Positions 1-9,016 of a DNA stretch of 64,000 bases are shown here, piece after piece. Within the stretch, counting starts at the first letter, position 1, and each line of letters starts with the position of its first letter. Both the position numbers and the translations under genes were made by a program. This DNA is from Nitrospirota bacterium (GTDB lineage Bacteria; Nitrospirota; Nitrospiria; Nitrospirales; Nitrospiraceae). The notes below the pieces were generated by a model, which worked only from the letters and a program-made list of their open reading frames with translations, had not been told where the DNA came from and did not search any database. The stretch covers positions 1,344,001 to 1,408,000 of the forward strand of contig CAVPBK010000006.1 in assembly GCA_963701855.1 (NCBI GenBank). The letters run 5' to 3'.

Positions 1-524
1 GCGATGCCTATCAGAAATTTCTCCGGGCCACGAAGCTCGCGAAGACAGACAGAACTCGTCCCGCCGTTTTGTCATCCGCGCTCCATCTGGCGACGGAGGT
101 TCCGCTTGAAATTGCCGAACAGGCGACGGAGGCCGGAGCCCTTCTTCATGCCTGCTCGGCAGGGGTGAAGCCGCGCGTTCGGTCTGATCTCACCGTTGGA
201 CTGGTGCTGGCGGTTGCCGCAGCCGATGCAGGACGTCATACCGTTGGAGAAAATATAAAAATTCAGCACAATCAACGGCTTAAGCTCTCTCTTCTCGACC
301 GGATTCAGCAAATGACAATCCGTCTTGAGGAACTCAGGAGGCTATGTTACATTACGCCCCTTAGTCGGGGTCGGGCTGGTACGAGAAAAAAACCTCTACA
401 GGCATTGCCTGGGAAAGCACGCAGACGGAAAGAATGGAAATCAAAGTCTTCAATAATAACGTCGAGAAAGCCCTCAAAGTTGCCAAGAAGAAGCTTGCGG
501 GGGAAGGACTCTTCCGCGAACTAA
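1..524 (+). CDS. Formiminotransferase-cyclodeaminase (FTCD C-terminal/cyclohydrolase)-like protein, 5'-truncated
   Basis: Frame is open from base 3 (DAYQKFLRATKL...) to the stop at 522-524. ATEVPLEIA...SDLTVGLVLA...NI resembles the cyclodeaminase helical domain. The 3' tail overlaps rpsU. Confidence 0.6.
   Translation, partial: DAYQKFLRATKLAKTDRTRPAVLSSALHLATEVPLEIAEQATEAGALLHACSAGVKPRVRSDLTVGLVLAVAAADAGRHTVGENIKIQHNQRLKLSLLDRIQQMTIRLEELRRLCYITPLSRGRAGTRKKPLQALPGKARRRKEWKSKSSIITSRKPSKLPRRSLRGKDSSAN
325..353 (+). promoter_or_regulatory. Putative sigma70 promoter for rpsU, inside the upstream gene
   Basis: TTGAGG-17 nt-TACATT, with TG in the extended -10 position, about 80 nt before the rpsU ATG. 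Confidence 0.4.
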
Positions 525-628
525 AGCGGCGGCGGTTTTACGAAAAGCCGAGTGTCAGGAAGAAAGCCAAGCAGCGCGAGGCACAGCGGCGGCGTCAAAA
601 GTGGTTGTCGAAGCGCAAGCCAGAGTAA
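434..628 (+). CDS. rpsU: 30S ribosomal protein S21
   Basis: 64-aa basic protein with EKALK...ELKRRRFYEKPS, the bS21 signature. Confidence 0.95.
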   Translation: MEIKVFNNNVEKALKVAKKKLAGEGLFRELKRRRFYEKPSVRKKAKQREAQRRRQKWLSKRKPE

Positions 629-699
629 GCGTCCTTCCGCGGGCTCGCCCGTCCGGTTGATCGCATTCCTCCCAAGGCCTTCATATTCCTTACTCGTCC

Positions 700-1359
700 A
701 TGCGCCAGGATCAGATCACTGCTGCGCTTCGAATCGTAAAGCGCGAAATTCAGCAGTGGGAGGAGCCGGTCCTCGGTGTGGTGGCACGCGAGACGAATCG
801 AGACCCCTTCCGCATCCTCATATCGTGCCTCCTCAGCCTCCGGACCAAAGACAAGACGACCAGTGAAGCCAGCGCCAGGCTGTTCGCGCTGGCGCATCAG
901 CCGGCCATGATGCTGACCCTTCCACTCCGGAAGATCGAACGCGCGATCTATCCCGTCGGGTTTTACCGGACGAAAGCCAAATCTATCCATGCCATTTGCC
1001 GTCGCCTGCTGGACGTCTATGGAGGCGCAGTTCCCGACTCCATTGAGGAGCTGGTCACGCTGTCGGGGGTAGGCCGGAAGACGGCGAACTTGGTGGTAAC
1101 AGTCGCTTATAGCAAGCCCGGCATCTGCGTGGATATCCACGTGCATCGGATCAGCAATCGCTGGGGCTACGTGAAAACGAAGACACCGGAAGAAACCGAG
1201 CAGGCGCTGCGCCGGAAATTGCCGGCACAGCATTGGATTACCCTCAACGATTTGCTTGTTCCGTACGGGCAGCACCTCTGCCAACCAGTCTCACCCTACT
1301 GCAGCATATGCAAACTCAGGGATTTTTGTGACCGAGTAGGGGTAAAGAAGTCGCGCTAG
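700..1359 (+). CDS. nth: Endonuclease III (HhH-GPD, 4Fe-4S)
   Basis: LSGVGRKTAN HhH motif, VDIHVHRISNR, C-terminal C-x6-C-x2-C-x5-C cluster motif. Confidence 0.93.
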   Translation: MRQDQITAALRIVKREIQQWEEPVLGVVARETNRDPFRILISCLLSLRTKDKTTSEASARLFALAHQPAMMLTLPLRKIERAIYPVGFYRTKAKSIHAICRRLLDVYGGAVPDSIEELVTLSGVGRKTANLVVTVAYSKPGICVDIHVHRISNRWGYVKTKTPEETEQALRRKLPAQHWITLNDLLVPYGQHLCQPVSPYCSICKLRDFCDRVGVKKSR

Positions 1360-1387
1360 GAGAAGAAGTGGAAACCAGCGGGGATTT

Positions 1388-2071
1388 ATGAGCTGCCGAC
1401 GAAGAAACACGCAGGCATTTGTGGCCATGAGTCTTTTGGGAGTGCTGCTCTCGATTCACGAAGAGGGGTACGCAATTTATCGCTGCTATGACAAGGAAGG
1501 CCGTCAAGTGCTCACAGACCAGCCGGCGCAGCTTGAACAATGCACCCTTCTCGGCGTAGCGGCGCCACCGAAGTCGAATTCGAGTAAGCTCCCAGTTGCG
1601 CCAATTCCTGCCGTGCCGGGTCCAATAGAAGACCGCAAAGTGTTGCCCGGAGAACAGAGCACAAGTCCGGCGAATCCTACCGTAGCCGTGCCTCTTCAGC
1701 AGGTCGGCCACCTGTTCGTGGTAACGGTGAGGCTCAATGGAGAGCAGGATGCCCCGTTGATCGTGGATACTGGTGCTTCCCACAGCATTGTGTCCCATAG
1801 GCTTGCCACAGAGCTTGGGTTGTACTCAGACTTAACGATGGGGACAGTCACGATGAATACTGTTGGGGGATCGGTTCAGGCACCGTTGGCTCGAATGAAG
1901 TCGATTCGCTTGGCAGAGGCTGAAGTCAGAGACAGCGTTGTGGTTATTTATGACCTACCAGACTCTCCGAAGGGCGTAGAGGGATTATTGGGGCTTAGTG
2001 CGTTGCGGCAATTCCAGGTGACGCTGGATCCCACCAGAAAAGTGTTATCTCTCCAGCCGACAATGAAATAG
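1388..2071 (+). CDS. Exported retropepsin-like aspartyl protease with N-terminal DUF4124-like domain
   Basis: IYRCYDKEGRQVLTDQP (DUF4124-like), IVDTGAS catalytic motif, GLLGLSAL. Confidence 0.8.
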   Translation: MSCRRRNTQAFVAMSLLGVLLSIHEEGYAIYRCYDKEGRQVLTDQPAQLEQCTLLGVAAPPKSNSSKLPVAPIPAVPGPIEDRKVLPGEQSTSPANPTVAVPLQQVGHLFVVTVRLNGEQDAPLIVDTGASHSIVSHRLATELGLYSDLTMGTVTMNTVGGSVQAPLARMKSIRLAEAEVRDSVVVIYDLPDSPKGVEGLLGLSALRQFQVTLDPTRKVLSLQPTMK

Positions 2072-2090
2072 GCCATGTCGGTTATCACAG

Positions 2091-2118
2091 ATTACCTTGC
2101 ATGAATATGCAAGGTAAT
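2091..2118. terminator. Perfect 12-bp hairpin between convergent genes
   Basis: ATTACCTTGCAT-GAAT-ATGCAAGGTAAT; no clear U-tract. Confidence 0.5.
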
Positions 2119-2159
2119 GAGGGCAGGTGATGAGCAGAAGAAAAGTGGAGGAAAAACAA

Positions 2160-2579
2160 TCAGATGAACAGCTTCGTTTCCGCATCAGAGGTCAGCGCAA
2201 TAATGGCAGGTAGTCCCATGACTTCGTCGACGTTTTTTTCGACGACGGCACTGTCCACGCCCATATATTCCAGTCCGGCACTGCAAGCGATCAGGCGAAA
2301 CTTCCCGACGTGTTTGGCGTCCTGAAACATTTCCGAAATCTTCGGTACTTTCTTTTCTTTCAAAAGCCGCGCCACTTCGTCGGCTGAGGCGGCATACTCA
2401 GGGGGAAAGTCTACCTGATCGATCCTTCCCTCGGCCAGCTTCTTGATCGTCCAGAACAAGAGGATCACGATCACGTCTTTCCCCATCGCTGCGGCGGTGA
2501 GTCCAAGGGTTGCGACCTGATGCAGCGTGTCGTAGGTGGCGTGATGGGCGAAGATGACAAACTTGGGTTGAGCCGGCAT
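2160..2579 (-). CDS. DsrE/DsrF/DrsH-like family protein
   Basis: TAAAMGKDVIV...FW, RLIACSAGLEYMG with conserved Cys, ends KLFI. Confidence 0.75.
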   Translation of the reverse strand: MPAQPKFVIFAHHATYDTLHQVATLGLTAAAMGKDVIVILLFWTIKKLAEGRIDQVDFPPEYAASADEVARLLKEKKVPKISEMFQDAKHVGKFRLIACSAGLEYMGVDSAVVEKNVDEVMGLPAIIALTSDAETKLFI

Positions 2580-2588
2580 GGTCGGTAG

Positions 2589-2942
2589 CTACTCCTTTGT
2601 GGCGCGCGCCTTGACGCTGTTCACATAATCGGTAATGGCCGCATCGACTTCGCCCGTGGTCATGGGACGGTCATGCGTTTCACTTTCGTCCACGAGATAG
2701 GTGCCGTGCTTTTTTTCCTGCCGGAGGACCACGGAATTCTCCGGCGTTACCTCGATCAGCATGAACCACTCGCGTGTCCCCTGCGTGATGACGACCTCCT
2801 TGCCCAGGCCTTTCTTCGTAATTTCGATATGAAGATCATCGGACGCGCGGACAGTGGCGGGACAGGTAAGGAGCCCCATGCCTAGGCCTGCAATCCCTAG
2901 CAAGGTGCAGATACGAGGTGTGAAGAGCGAGCGACACGACAT
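2589..2942 (-). CDS. Exported hypothetical protein
   Basis: ATG at 2942, signal-peptide-like N terminus (...ATVRA|SDD), 9 nt upstream of the DsrE-like gene. Confidence 0.65.
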   Translation of the reverse strand: MSCRSLFTPRICTLLGIAGLGMGLLTCPATVRASDDLHIEITKKGLGKEVVITQGTREWFMLIEVTPENSVVLRQEKKHGTYLVDESETHDRPMTTGEVDAAITDYVNSVKARATKE

Positions 2943-3046
2943 AGTAGCGCGATTATAGCCCGTCGAGAAACATGCCGTAAACCATTCGATGCCGCCTAGC
3001 CATTGGCTTGGAGTGCCCCTGGGTCGCATGCTAGGATGCGAAGCGC

Positions 3047-3478
3047 ATGGATGACTTACTCGCATCAGTCCAGCAATGGATTCCGGTCGATGTGCTCATC
3101 GGTCTTACCGTGGCCTCGGTCGTCGGATTTGTCGGTTCTCTGATTGCCATCCCGTTGATTCTGGTCCGCTTGCCGGCCGACTACTTTGACACGCGTACTC
3201 CCCGCCATTGGATGAAAGACCATCATCCAGTGCTGCGCATGTTGGGCTTAGCTGCCAAGAACATTGTCGGCGTCGTGTTCCTCGTGGTCGGATTTGCCAT
3301 GCTTTTCTTGCCGGGACAGGGCCTGTTGACGATGCTGATTGGGATCTCACTCATGGATTTCCCAAGAAAGCGTGAGATCGAGGCAAAAATGGTCGGTCAG
3401 CCGACCCTGCTGGGTGTCATTAACGGCATGCGCCGCAAGTTCGATAAACCACCCTTGACCCTGGCCCCCGGCCCTTAG
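3047..3478 (+). CDS. PGPGW-type small membrane protein
   Basis: Hydrophobic helices with LPADYF and MLFLPGQGLLTMLIG motifs. Confidence 0.75.
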   Translation: MDDLLASVQQWIPVDVLIGLTVASVVGFVGSLIAIPLILVRLPADYFDTRTPRHWMKDHHPVLRMLGLAAKNIVGVVFLVVGFAMLFLPGQGLLTMLIGISLMDFPRKREIEAKMVGQPTLLGVINGMRRKFDKPPLTLAPGP

Positions 3479-3484
3479 CATCCC

Positions 3485-6142
3485 ATGCCGACCACAGAGC
3501 CCAGCCGCAAGACACTCTACTTGATCGATGGGAGCGCCTATATCTATCGTGCCTTCTTTGCCCTGCCGGCCCTGAATAATTCCCAAGGCCTCCAGACCAA
3601 CGCTATCCTCGGCTTTACGACGACGTTGCTGAAGATTATTCGGGAGAAGAAGCCGGATGGCCTTGTCGTGGCATTCGACGAAAAGGGTCCGACGTTGCGC
3701 CATGCGGAGTTCACGGCCTACAAGGCGCAGCGTCCGCCGATGCCGGAAGGCATGAGTGCTCAGATTCCCTACATCCATCGTGTGGTGGATGCCCTCAACA
3801 TTCCCGCTGTCCGGCAAGTCGGATATGAAGCGGACGATTTGATCGGTACGCTGGCGCACCAGGCAGAACAGGCAGGGTTCGACGTCGTGATCGTCACCGG
3901 CGACAAGGACATGCTCCAGCTCCTGACGCCCCACGTGCGCATCTACGATCCGGTGAAAGACAAGTGGCTTGGCGAAGTGGAATGCCGCGAACGTTTCGGC
4001 GTGGAGCCGGCGCGCGTGGTGGAGATCATGGGGCTCATGGGCGACGTAGCGGACAATATTCCCGGGGTGAAAGGCATCGGTGAGAAAACCGCAATGAAGC
4101 TGATCGCCCAGTTCGGCACGATAGAAGAACTCTTGCGCCGCGTTGAAGAGGTCACGCCGCCTCGGATCAAAGCGATGTTGATCGAGCAGGCTGAAAATGC
4201 CCGCCTCAGCCGAAGGCTGGCGACCATCCAGCTGGATAGCCCTGTGACATTCGATGCCGCGACGTATCACGTGAAGCCGCCGCATCAGGACCAGCTCATC
4301 GATTTGTTGCGTGAGCTGGGGTTTACCACGATCCTCAAATCATTTCAGCCATCGTCTAAACCAGCAGAAACGAATGCGATTGGAACGGAACTCCTTCAGG
4401 ATGAACCGTCTGCACAGCGATTTGTAGAGGGATTACCGAAGGGCGGCGCCCTCGGCCTGCAATGTCTGCTCTCTCCCGGGCCAGGCGCCCAGGCGGATGT
4501 GCGGGGGATAGCACTGTCCACGGGAGACAAGACCGCGTTCGTCCCGCTCGACGTTCACGCCTACATGCGACCCATCATTGCGTTGCTGCATGATTCCACG
4601 AGAATCAAAGTTGTTCATGACCTAAAGGCGGCCTTGCTGGTTTTTCACCGCATTGGACTGACCCTCGCAGGCCCCTATCTGGATACCATGGTGGCGGACT
4701 ATCTGCTCAATCCCAACCGCCGTGATCACCAGCTTGAGACCATCGCGCTAGAAATGCTGGACCATCGGCTTGGGACAGGACTCAAAAACAGCGCCGCGCC
4801 ACAATCCCTTTTCGACGAGGGCACAGGGTCACGAGAGGAGATAGCGGAGGCCGCGTCAGTGTTGGCCAAGCTCGCCCAGCCGATGACGGACCGATTGTCG
4901 GAACAGGGAAGCCTCACGCTCTTTGCCGACGTGGAAATGCCGCTGGTACCCGTGTTGGCCGAGATTGAACGGAACGGGTTCTTATTGGATGTCGAGGGCC
5001 TGCGCATACTCAGCAAAGAGTTGGAGCGAGATCTCGACAAGATAATGGAGACTATCGCTGTGGCGGCCGGCGGCGAGTTCAACATCAATTCGCCGAAGCA
5101 GCTTGCCACGGTGCTGTTCGAGAAGTTGGGCCTCAAGCCGATCAGGAAAACCAAGACCGGGTACTCGACCGATGAAGACACGCTGACCCAGCTCGCCACA
5201 CAACACGAATTGCCCGCGCAGATTGTGAACTATCGAAGCCTCAGCAAACTCAAATCCACTTATGTAGATGCACTGCCGGAATTGGTGAATCCGGAGACCA
5301 AGCGGCTCCATACGTCGCTCAATCAGACCGTCGCGGCGACCGGACGGCTCTCCTCGACCGATCCGAACTTGCAAAATATTCCGGTGAAGGGCGAGTACGG
5401 ATTACGCATCAGAGAGGCCTTTATCGCGCCGGCAGGCCATACCCTGCTCTGCGCCGACTACAGCCAGATCGAACCGCGCATCCTCGCGCATCTCTCGCAA
5501 GATCCGCGCTTGCTCGCCGTATTTTCGAAGGGCGAGGATATCCACATGGCGACGGCCATGGAGATTTTCGGTTTGTCTTCCAGTCAGATCACGCGAGACA
5601 TGCGCCGTGTGGCCAAGACAGTCGTCTTCGGCATTGTGTATGGGATCAGTCCGTTCGGCCTCTCACAGAACATCGGCGTATCTCAAGCGGATGCAAAGAA
5701 ATACATCGAGACATTCTTTGAAAAGTTTTCGGCAGTGCGCGCGTTGATGGATCGGAATATCGAAGAAGGCAAAACAAAAGGCTACACGACGACGATCCTA
5801 GGCCGGCGGCGCCCGATTCCCGAATTGCAGAGCGGCGATCCCGTGCAGCGTGGATTCGGCGAACGCATGGCGGTGAACAGTCCAATCCAGGGCTCAGCCG
5901 CGGATTTGATTAAAGTGGCAATGATCAACGTGAATAACATGTTGTGCCACGAGATGCCGCATACGAAAATGATCCTGCAAGTCCACGACGAATTGATTTT
6001 CGAGGTGCCGGAGAAGGACTTGGACGAAACAAAGCGTCTCGTGAAAACAGAGATGGAAGCGACGGGGAAGAAGCTGGGATTGTCGGTGCCGCTGAAAGTG
6101 GATCTGGGTACAGGCCATAATTGGCGAGTGGCGCATCCATAG
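3485..6142 (+). CDS. polA: DNA polymerase I
   Basis: 5'-3' exonuclease LIDGSAYIYRAFFA and YEADD; polymerase motifs TGRLSS.DPNLQNIP, ADYSQIE, QVHDEL. Confidence 0.98.
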   Translation: MPTTEPSRKTLYLIDGSAYIYRAFFALPALNNSQGLQTNAILGFTTTLLKIIREKKPDGLVVAFDEKGPTLRHAEFTAYKAQRPPMPEGMSAQIPYIHRVVDALNIPAVRQVGYEADDLIGTLAHQAEQAGFDVVIVTGDKDMLQLLTPHVRIYDPVKDKWLGEVECRERFGVEPARVVEIMGLMGDVADNIPGVKGIGEKTAMKLIAQFGTIEELLRRVEEVTPPRIKAMLIEQAENARLSRRLATIQLDSPVTFDAATYHVKPPHQDQLIDLLRELGFTTILKSFQPSSKPAETNAIGTELLQDEPSAQRFVEGLPKGGALGLQCLLSPGPGAQADVRGIALSTGDKTAFVPLDVHAYMRPIIALLHDSTRIKVVHDLKAALLVFHRIGLTLAGPYLDTMVADYLLNPNRRDHQLETIALEMLDHRLGTGLKNSAAPQSLFDEGTGSREEIAEAASVLAKLAQPMTDRLSEQGSLTLFADVEMPLVPVLAEIERNGFLLDVEGLRILSKELERDLDKIMETIAVAAGGEFNINSPKQLATVLFEKLGLKPIRKTKTGYSTDEDTLTQLATQHELPAQIVNYRSLSKLKSTYVDALPELVNPETKRLHTSLNQTVAATGRLSSTDPNLQNIPVKGEYGLRIREAFIAPAGHTLLCADYSQIEPRILAHLSQDPRLLAVFSKGEDIHMATAMEIFGLSSSQITRDMRRVAKTVVFGIVYGISPFGLSQNIGVSQADAKKYIETFFEKFSAVRALMDRNIEEGKTKGYTTTILGRRRPIPELQSGDPVQRGFGERMAVNSPIQGSAADLIKVAMINVNNMLCHEMPHTKMILQVHDELIFEVPEKDLDETKRLVKTEMEATGKKLGLSVPLKVDLGTGHNWRVAHP

Positions 6143-6149
6143 CAGAGGA

Positions 6150-6467
6150 GGGATGGAGGCTGATGATCTTCTGTGTTCGCGCAACGCGCGGCCTGGGAAG
6201 GATGGGGAGGGAGCGGCCAGGTGCCCTTCTTGCTCGCAGAACGCGCACGGTGAAACTGTGCTCGTTCGATGCGCGCAGGAAAGGGCAGCCTTGGCCACTC
6301 CATTGAAATGAGGTTTGGCGAACTGGAAGGCCCTCGCCAGGGCTACTGGCACGTCTCGGGAAATCGATTGCGAAGCAATCGGAGGGAAGGGCGGGTGAAA
6401 ATATCTGCCAGTGGGTGGGCGGGTGAGAAAGCCGCGCGCAGTGGAAGATCAATCAGCCCCCATTCCC
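6150..6467. repeat. Palindromic intergenic element, family 2, long copy with nested inserts
   Basis: GGGATGGAGGCTGATGATCTTC...GAAGATCAATCAGCCCCCATTCCC inverted arms; first ~52 nt nearly identical to the copy at 6860. Confidence 0.8.
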
Positions 6468-6595
6468 TGAAGAGATCACGGGCAAGCAAGGGCGGTTGGC
6501 GTTTGCGTAGCCTTTCCTCGAACGTCGTGTGTTCGCAGACGAACCTTTCATTGGCGTGTGATGCATCCATAACAGAAACCTGAGTGAGGTGACCT

Positions 6596-6853
6596 ATGCA
6601 GAATGTACGTCTCTCAGTCGCGTGGGTGTTAGCGGGCATTTGTCTTGGTGCGTTGGGGTTCCTGCTTCTCATGGGGCAGCCGTTCGCAGCGAAGGCTCAA
6701 GAGGCGAAACGGTTTCAGTACAAAATCGTCGAGGTCCTTCCTGATACCCAGAATATGCAAACCAAGCTGAACGAGTTTGGAGCAGGCGGGTGGGAATTGG
6801 TGGCGGTCTCGATGGGGAATATGACGGAGCCGAGGCTGATCTTTAAGAAGTGA
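6596..6853 (+). CDS. DUF4177-domain small exported/membrane-anchored protein
   Basis: N-terminal hydrophobic segment, FQYKIV...LNEFGAGGWELVAV...LIFKK; GAGGTG RBS. Confidence 0.8.
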   Translation: MQNVRLSVAWVLAGICLGALGFLLLMGQPFAAKAQEAKRFQYKIVEVLPDTQNMQTKLNEFGAGGWELVAVSMGNMTEPRLIFKK

Positions 6854-6859
6854 GGGAAG

Positions 6860-6956
6860 GGGATGGAGGCTGATGATCTTCTGTGCTCGCGCAACGCGCG
6901 GCCTGGGAAGGCCCTCGTTGGACGCGCGCAGTGGAAGATCAATCAGCCCCCATCCC
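6860..6956. repeat. Palindromic intergenic element, family 2, short copy
   Basis: Same inverted arms as 6150-6467 without the inserts; degenerate half-units (GA(T/C)GCGCGCAGT) follow at about 7003, 7073 and 7144. Confidence 0.8.
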
Positions 6957-7237
6957 TGAGAGATAGCGAGCGCGCTTGGAGGGATCATCTGTAATCTCGT
7001 TTGACGGCCGCAGTCGGAATCACCTCACTAACCCGCACGAGATGGGAGAGGTGGAAGGGAGGGAGAGCGCTCGATGCGCGCAGTAAAGGACAGTCTGGCT
7101 GCTCCCGGTGAAGGATGAGGTGGTGGATAGGAGTCGTGGGATCGACGCGCGCAGTTGGGATCATCTCAACCACTTCAAGTAAAAGGTAGGGGTAGAAGCG
7201 CATCGGACTCTTGGTCTCGTTGAAAAAGGAGGAACGC

Positions 7238-7696
7238 ATGTCGACCATTGAAAAGTCCATTGACGTCAACGTGCCGGAATATACCGCCTACGCTCAATGG
7301 ATGAAATTTGAGGAATTTCCCCAGTTCATGGAGGGTGTGAAAGAAGTCACACGGCTGGATGCCAAACGGTTTCATTGGAAAGCAGAGATCGCGGACCAGG
7401 AGAAAGAGTGGGATACGGAGATCACAGAGAAGACGGCGGACCAGCGTCTTGCGTGGACGAGTCGAGGCAGCGACATCAAGGGATGGGTCGTGACGTTTCA
7501 CCAGCTCTCGAATGCCAGGTCAAAAATCATGCTGCAAGTAGAGTATGACCCTCAGGGTGTCGCCGAACATGTAGGAGATGCAGTAGGAGTGGTGTCTCAG
7601 CGCGTCCAGGGGGACCTGGAGCGATTTAAGGCACTCATCGAAAAGCGTTGGCACCCGCCTGGCCGCGACACAATCTTCGACAATTTTCCCATGTAG
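7238..7696 (+). CDS. SRPBCC (polyketide cyclase/START-like) family protein
   Basis: AAGGAGGA RBS before ATG 7238; IEKSIDVNVP...YAQW..FEEFPQFMEGV...DLERFK. Confidence 0.88.
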   Translation: MSTIEKSIDVNVPEYTAYAQWMKFEEFPQFMEGVKEVTRLDAKRFHWKAEIADQEKEWDTEITEKTADQRLAWTSRGSDIKGWVVTFHQLSNARSKIMLQVEYDPQGVAEHVGDAVGVVSQRVQGDLERFKALIEKRWHPPGRDTIFDNFPM

Positions 7697-7738
7697 CAGG
7701 ATGCGGGAACACTGCTGGCGGACTTTTCCAGCATCCTG
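7697..7738 (-). mobile_element. Family 1 MITE-like element, minimal 42-bp derivative
   Basis: CAGGATGC...GCATCCTG ends; reverse complement matches the left ~40 nt of the 8770 copy; abuts a TAG stop. Confidence 0.65.
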
Positions 7739-7903
7739 GCACAGGCGCGTTCAAGCCTGTGCCTCAAGTCGGTACTTACCTTCAGCTATCCTTTACCCAG
7801 AGCCACTTTGCGCGTGGTTAGGAGGGCACCCATCTTGCTGATCTCCTCGTGGTTTCCATGTGCGGTGTAGAGGGCATTACATGAACATGAAAAGGGGGAT
7901 CCG

Positions 7904-8770
7904 ATGGCGCCAGTATTGGAACTCGATCGGCAGACAGCCTCGTTTGTGCGGCAACTCGAAGAGCAACGGAAACTCGAAAAGACTCTTCTGGTCGAACGGG
8001 TTCGCGGAACGAAGGAAGGGCTGGAGTCGGTCTTTAGCGACATCAAGAGCCGTGTGGCGTTGCTGGAGAAGCTGAACGGGTCGGCGAGTGCCAGCTGCAT
8101 TGCGCCGATCGGCTGGAGCAAGCTGATCTTTACCGGAGCGGACAGTGTCTCGGCGCCGAACACCATCGGATTCGGCGATCGGGATGAAACGTTGTGCAAG
8201 CTCGATCAGATCAAATACCTCGAAGATACGCACTATCTCCGTCTTGCCGCGAATCCCCACTATGTGGAACATGTACTGCCGAATAAATCGCTCCAGGCGC
8301 GCGTCGGAGCAAATCCTTCTCTCTGGGATACGCTCGGGTATGTCCATGCGGGCTACACGACCCTGCTGCAGATTCCTCCCTCGTTAGAACCGACGACGGT
8401 GTCGATTATGTCGCGGGTGAACACCTTGTTTAATTGGGTTGAAGTGAACGCGGTCGGAGACGAGTGGTACGCCCATGTGTCGGCTGCTGTGCGGCTGTGG
8501 GTGACCTATGATGGCGAGTTTCGGCAGGCGCCGCCTGCCCAGTTCGTGAACCTGCTTGCGTCACCCAAACAATTGCGGACGCATCAGGATATAGCGTCAC
8601 CCGCGCCGAGCGCGGCAGTGACGATGCAAGTTTCCGCCTCAGCCGGCAGCGGCACGACGATCAATGTGTACGAATCCATCGAACTCGTCGCTACCACCCC
8701 GAACGGCCATGCCTACCTTGACGGCATATTTTCATGGGAACCTTTAGCGGTGCAGTTACGCGAAGGGTAG
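7904..8770 (+). CDS. Hypothetical protein (coiled-coil-like N terminus, beta-rich C terminus)
   Basis: 288-aa ORF with AGGGGG RBS; no recognised motif. Confidence 0.7.
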   Translation: MAPVLELDRQTASFVRQLEEQRKLEKTLLVERVRGTKEGLESVFSDIKSRVALLEKLNGSASASCIAPIGWSKLIFTGADSVSAPNTIGFGDRDETLCKLDQIKYLEDTHYLRLAANPHYVEHVLPNKSLQARVGANPSLWDTLGYVHAGYTTLLQIPPSLEPTTVSIMSRVNTLFNWVEVNAVGDEWYAHVSAAVRLWVTYDGEFRQAPPAQFVNLLASPKQLRTHQDIASPAPSAAVTMQVSASAGSGTTINVYESIELVATTPNGHAYLDGIFSWEPLAVQLREG

Positions 8771-8973
8771 CAGGATGCTGAAAAAGTCCGCCAGCGTCGT
8801 TCTCGCATCGTTCAGATCCTCAACATACCCCAGAGGGTACGCCTCCGGTCTTCACTCGTTGCGGCCTTGCTGGACAGCCTTTTTGAGCATCCTGCGATTA
8901 TTTTGACATCGGCGCCCATGGAAGATTCCATCGACGATTTGTGTATAGAATGAGTTTCTCCGAAGCCTGCCAG
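8770..8973 (+). mobile_element. Family 1 MITE-like element, copy A
   Basis: GCAGGATGCTGAAAAAG...CTTTTTGAGCATCCTGC (8770-8895, 16/17 inverted), a 59-nt segment, then TTTCTCCGAAGCCTGCCAG. Confidence 0.8.
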
Positions 8974-9016
8974 CTCTTTTGAACATCCTTTGGGATTAGT
9001 GGTCGAGGATGGCTCT

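Noticed and set aside
6143..7175. Repeats as a CRISPR array
   Set aside because: The units are long, nested and irregularly spaced, with no constant repeat-spacer period and no cas genes.
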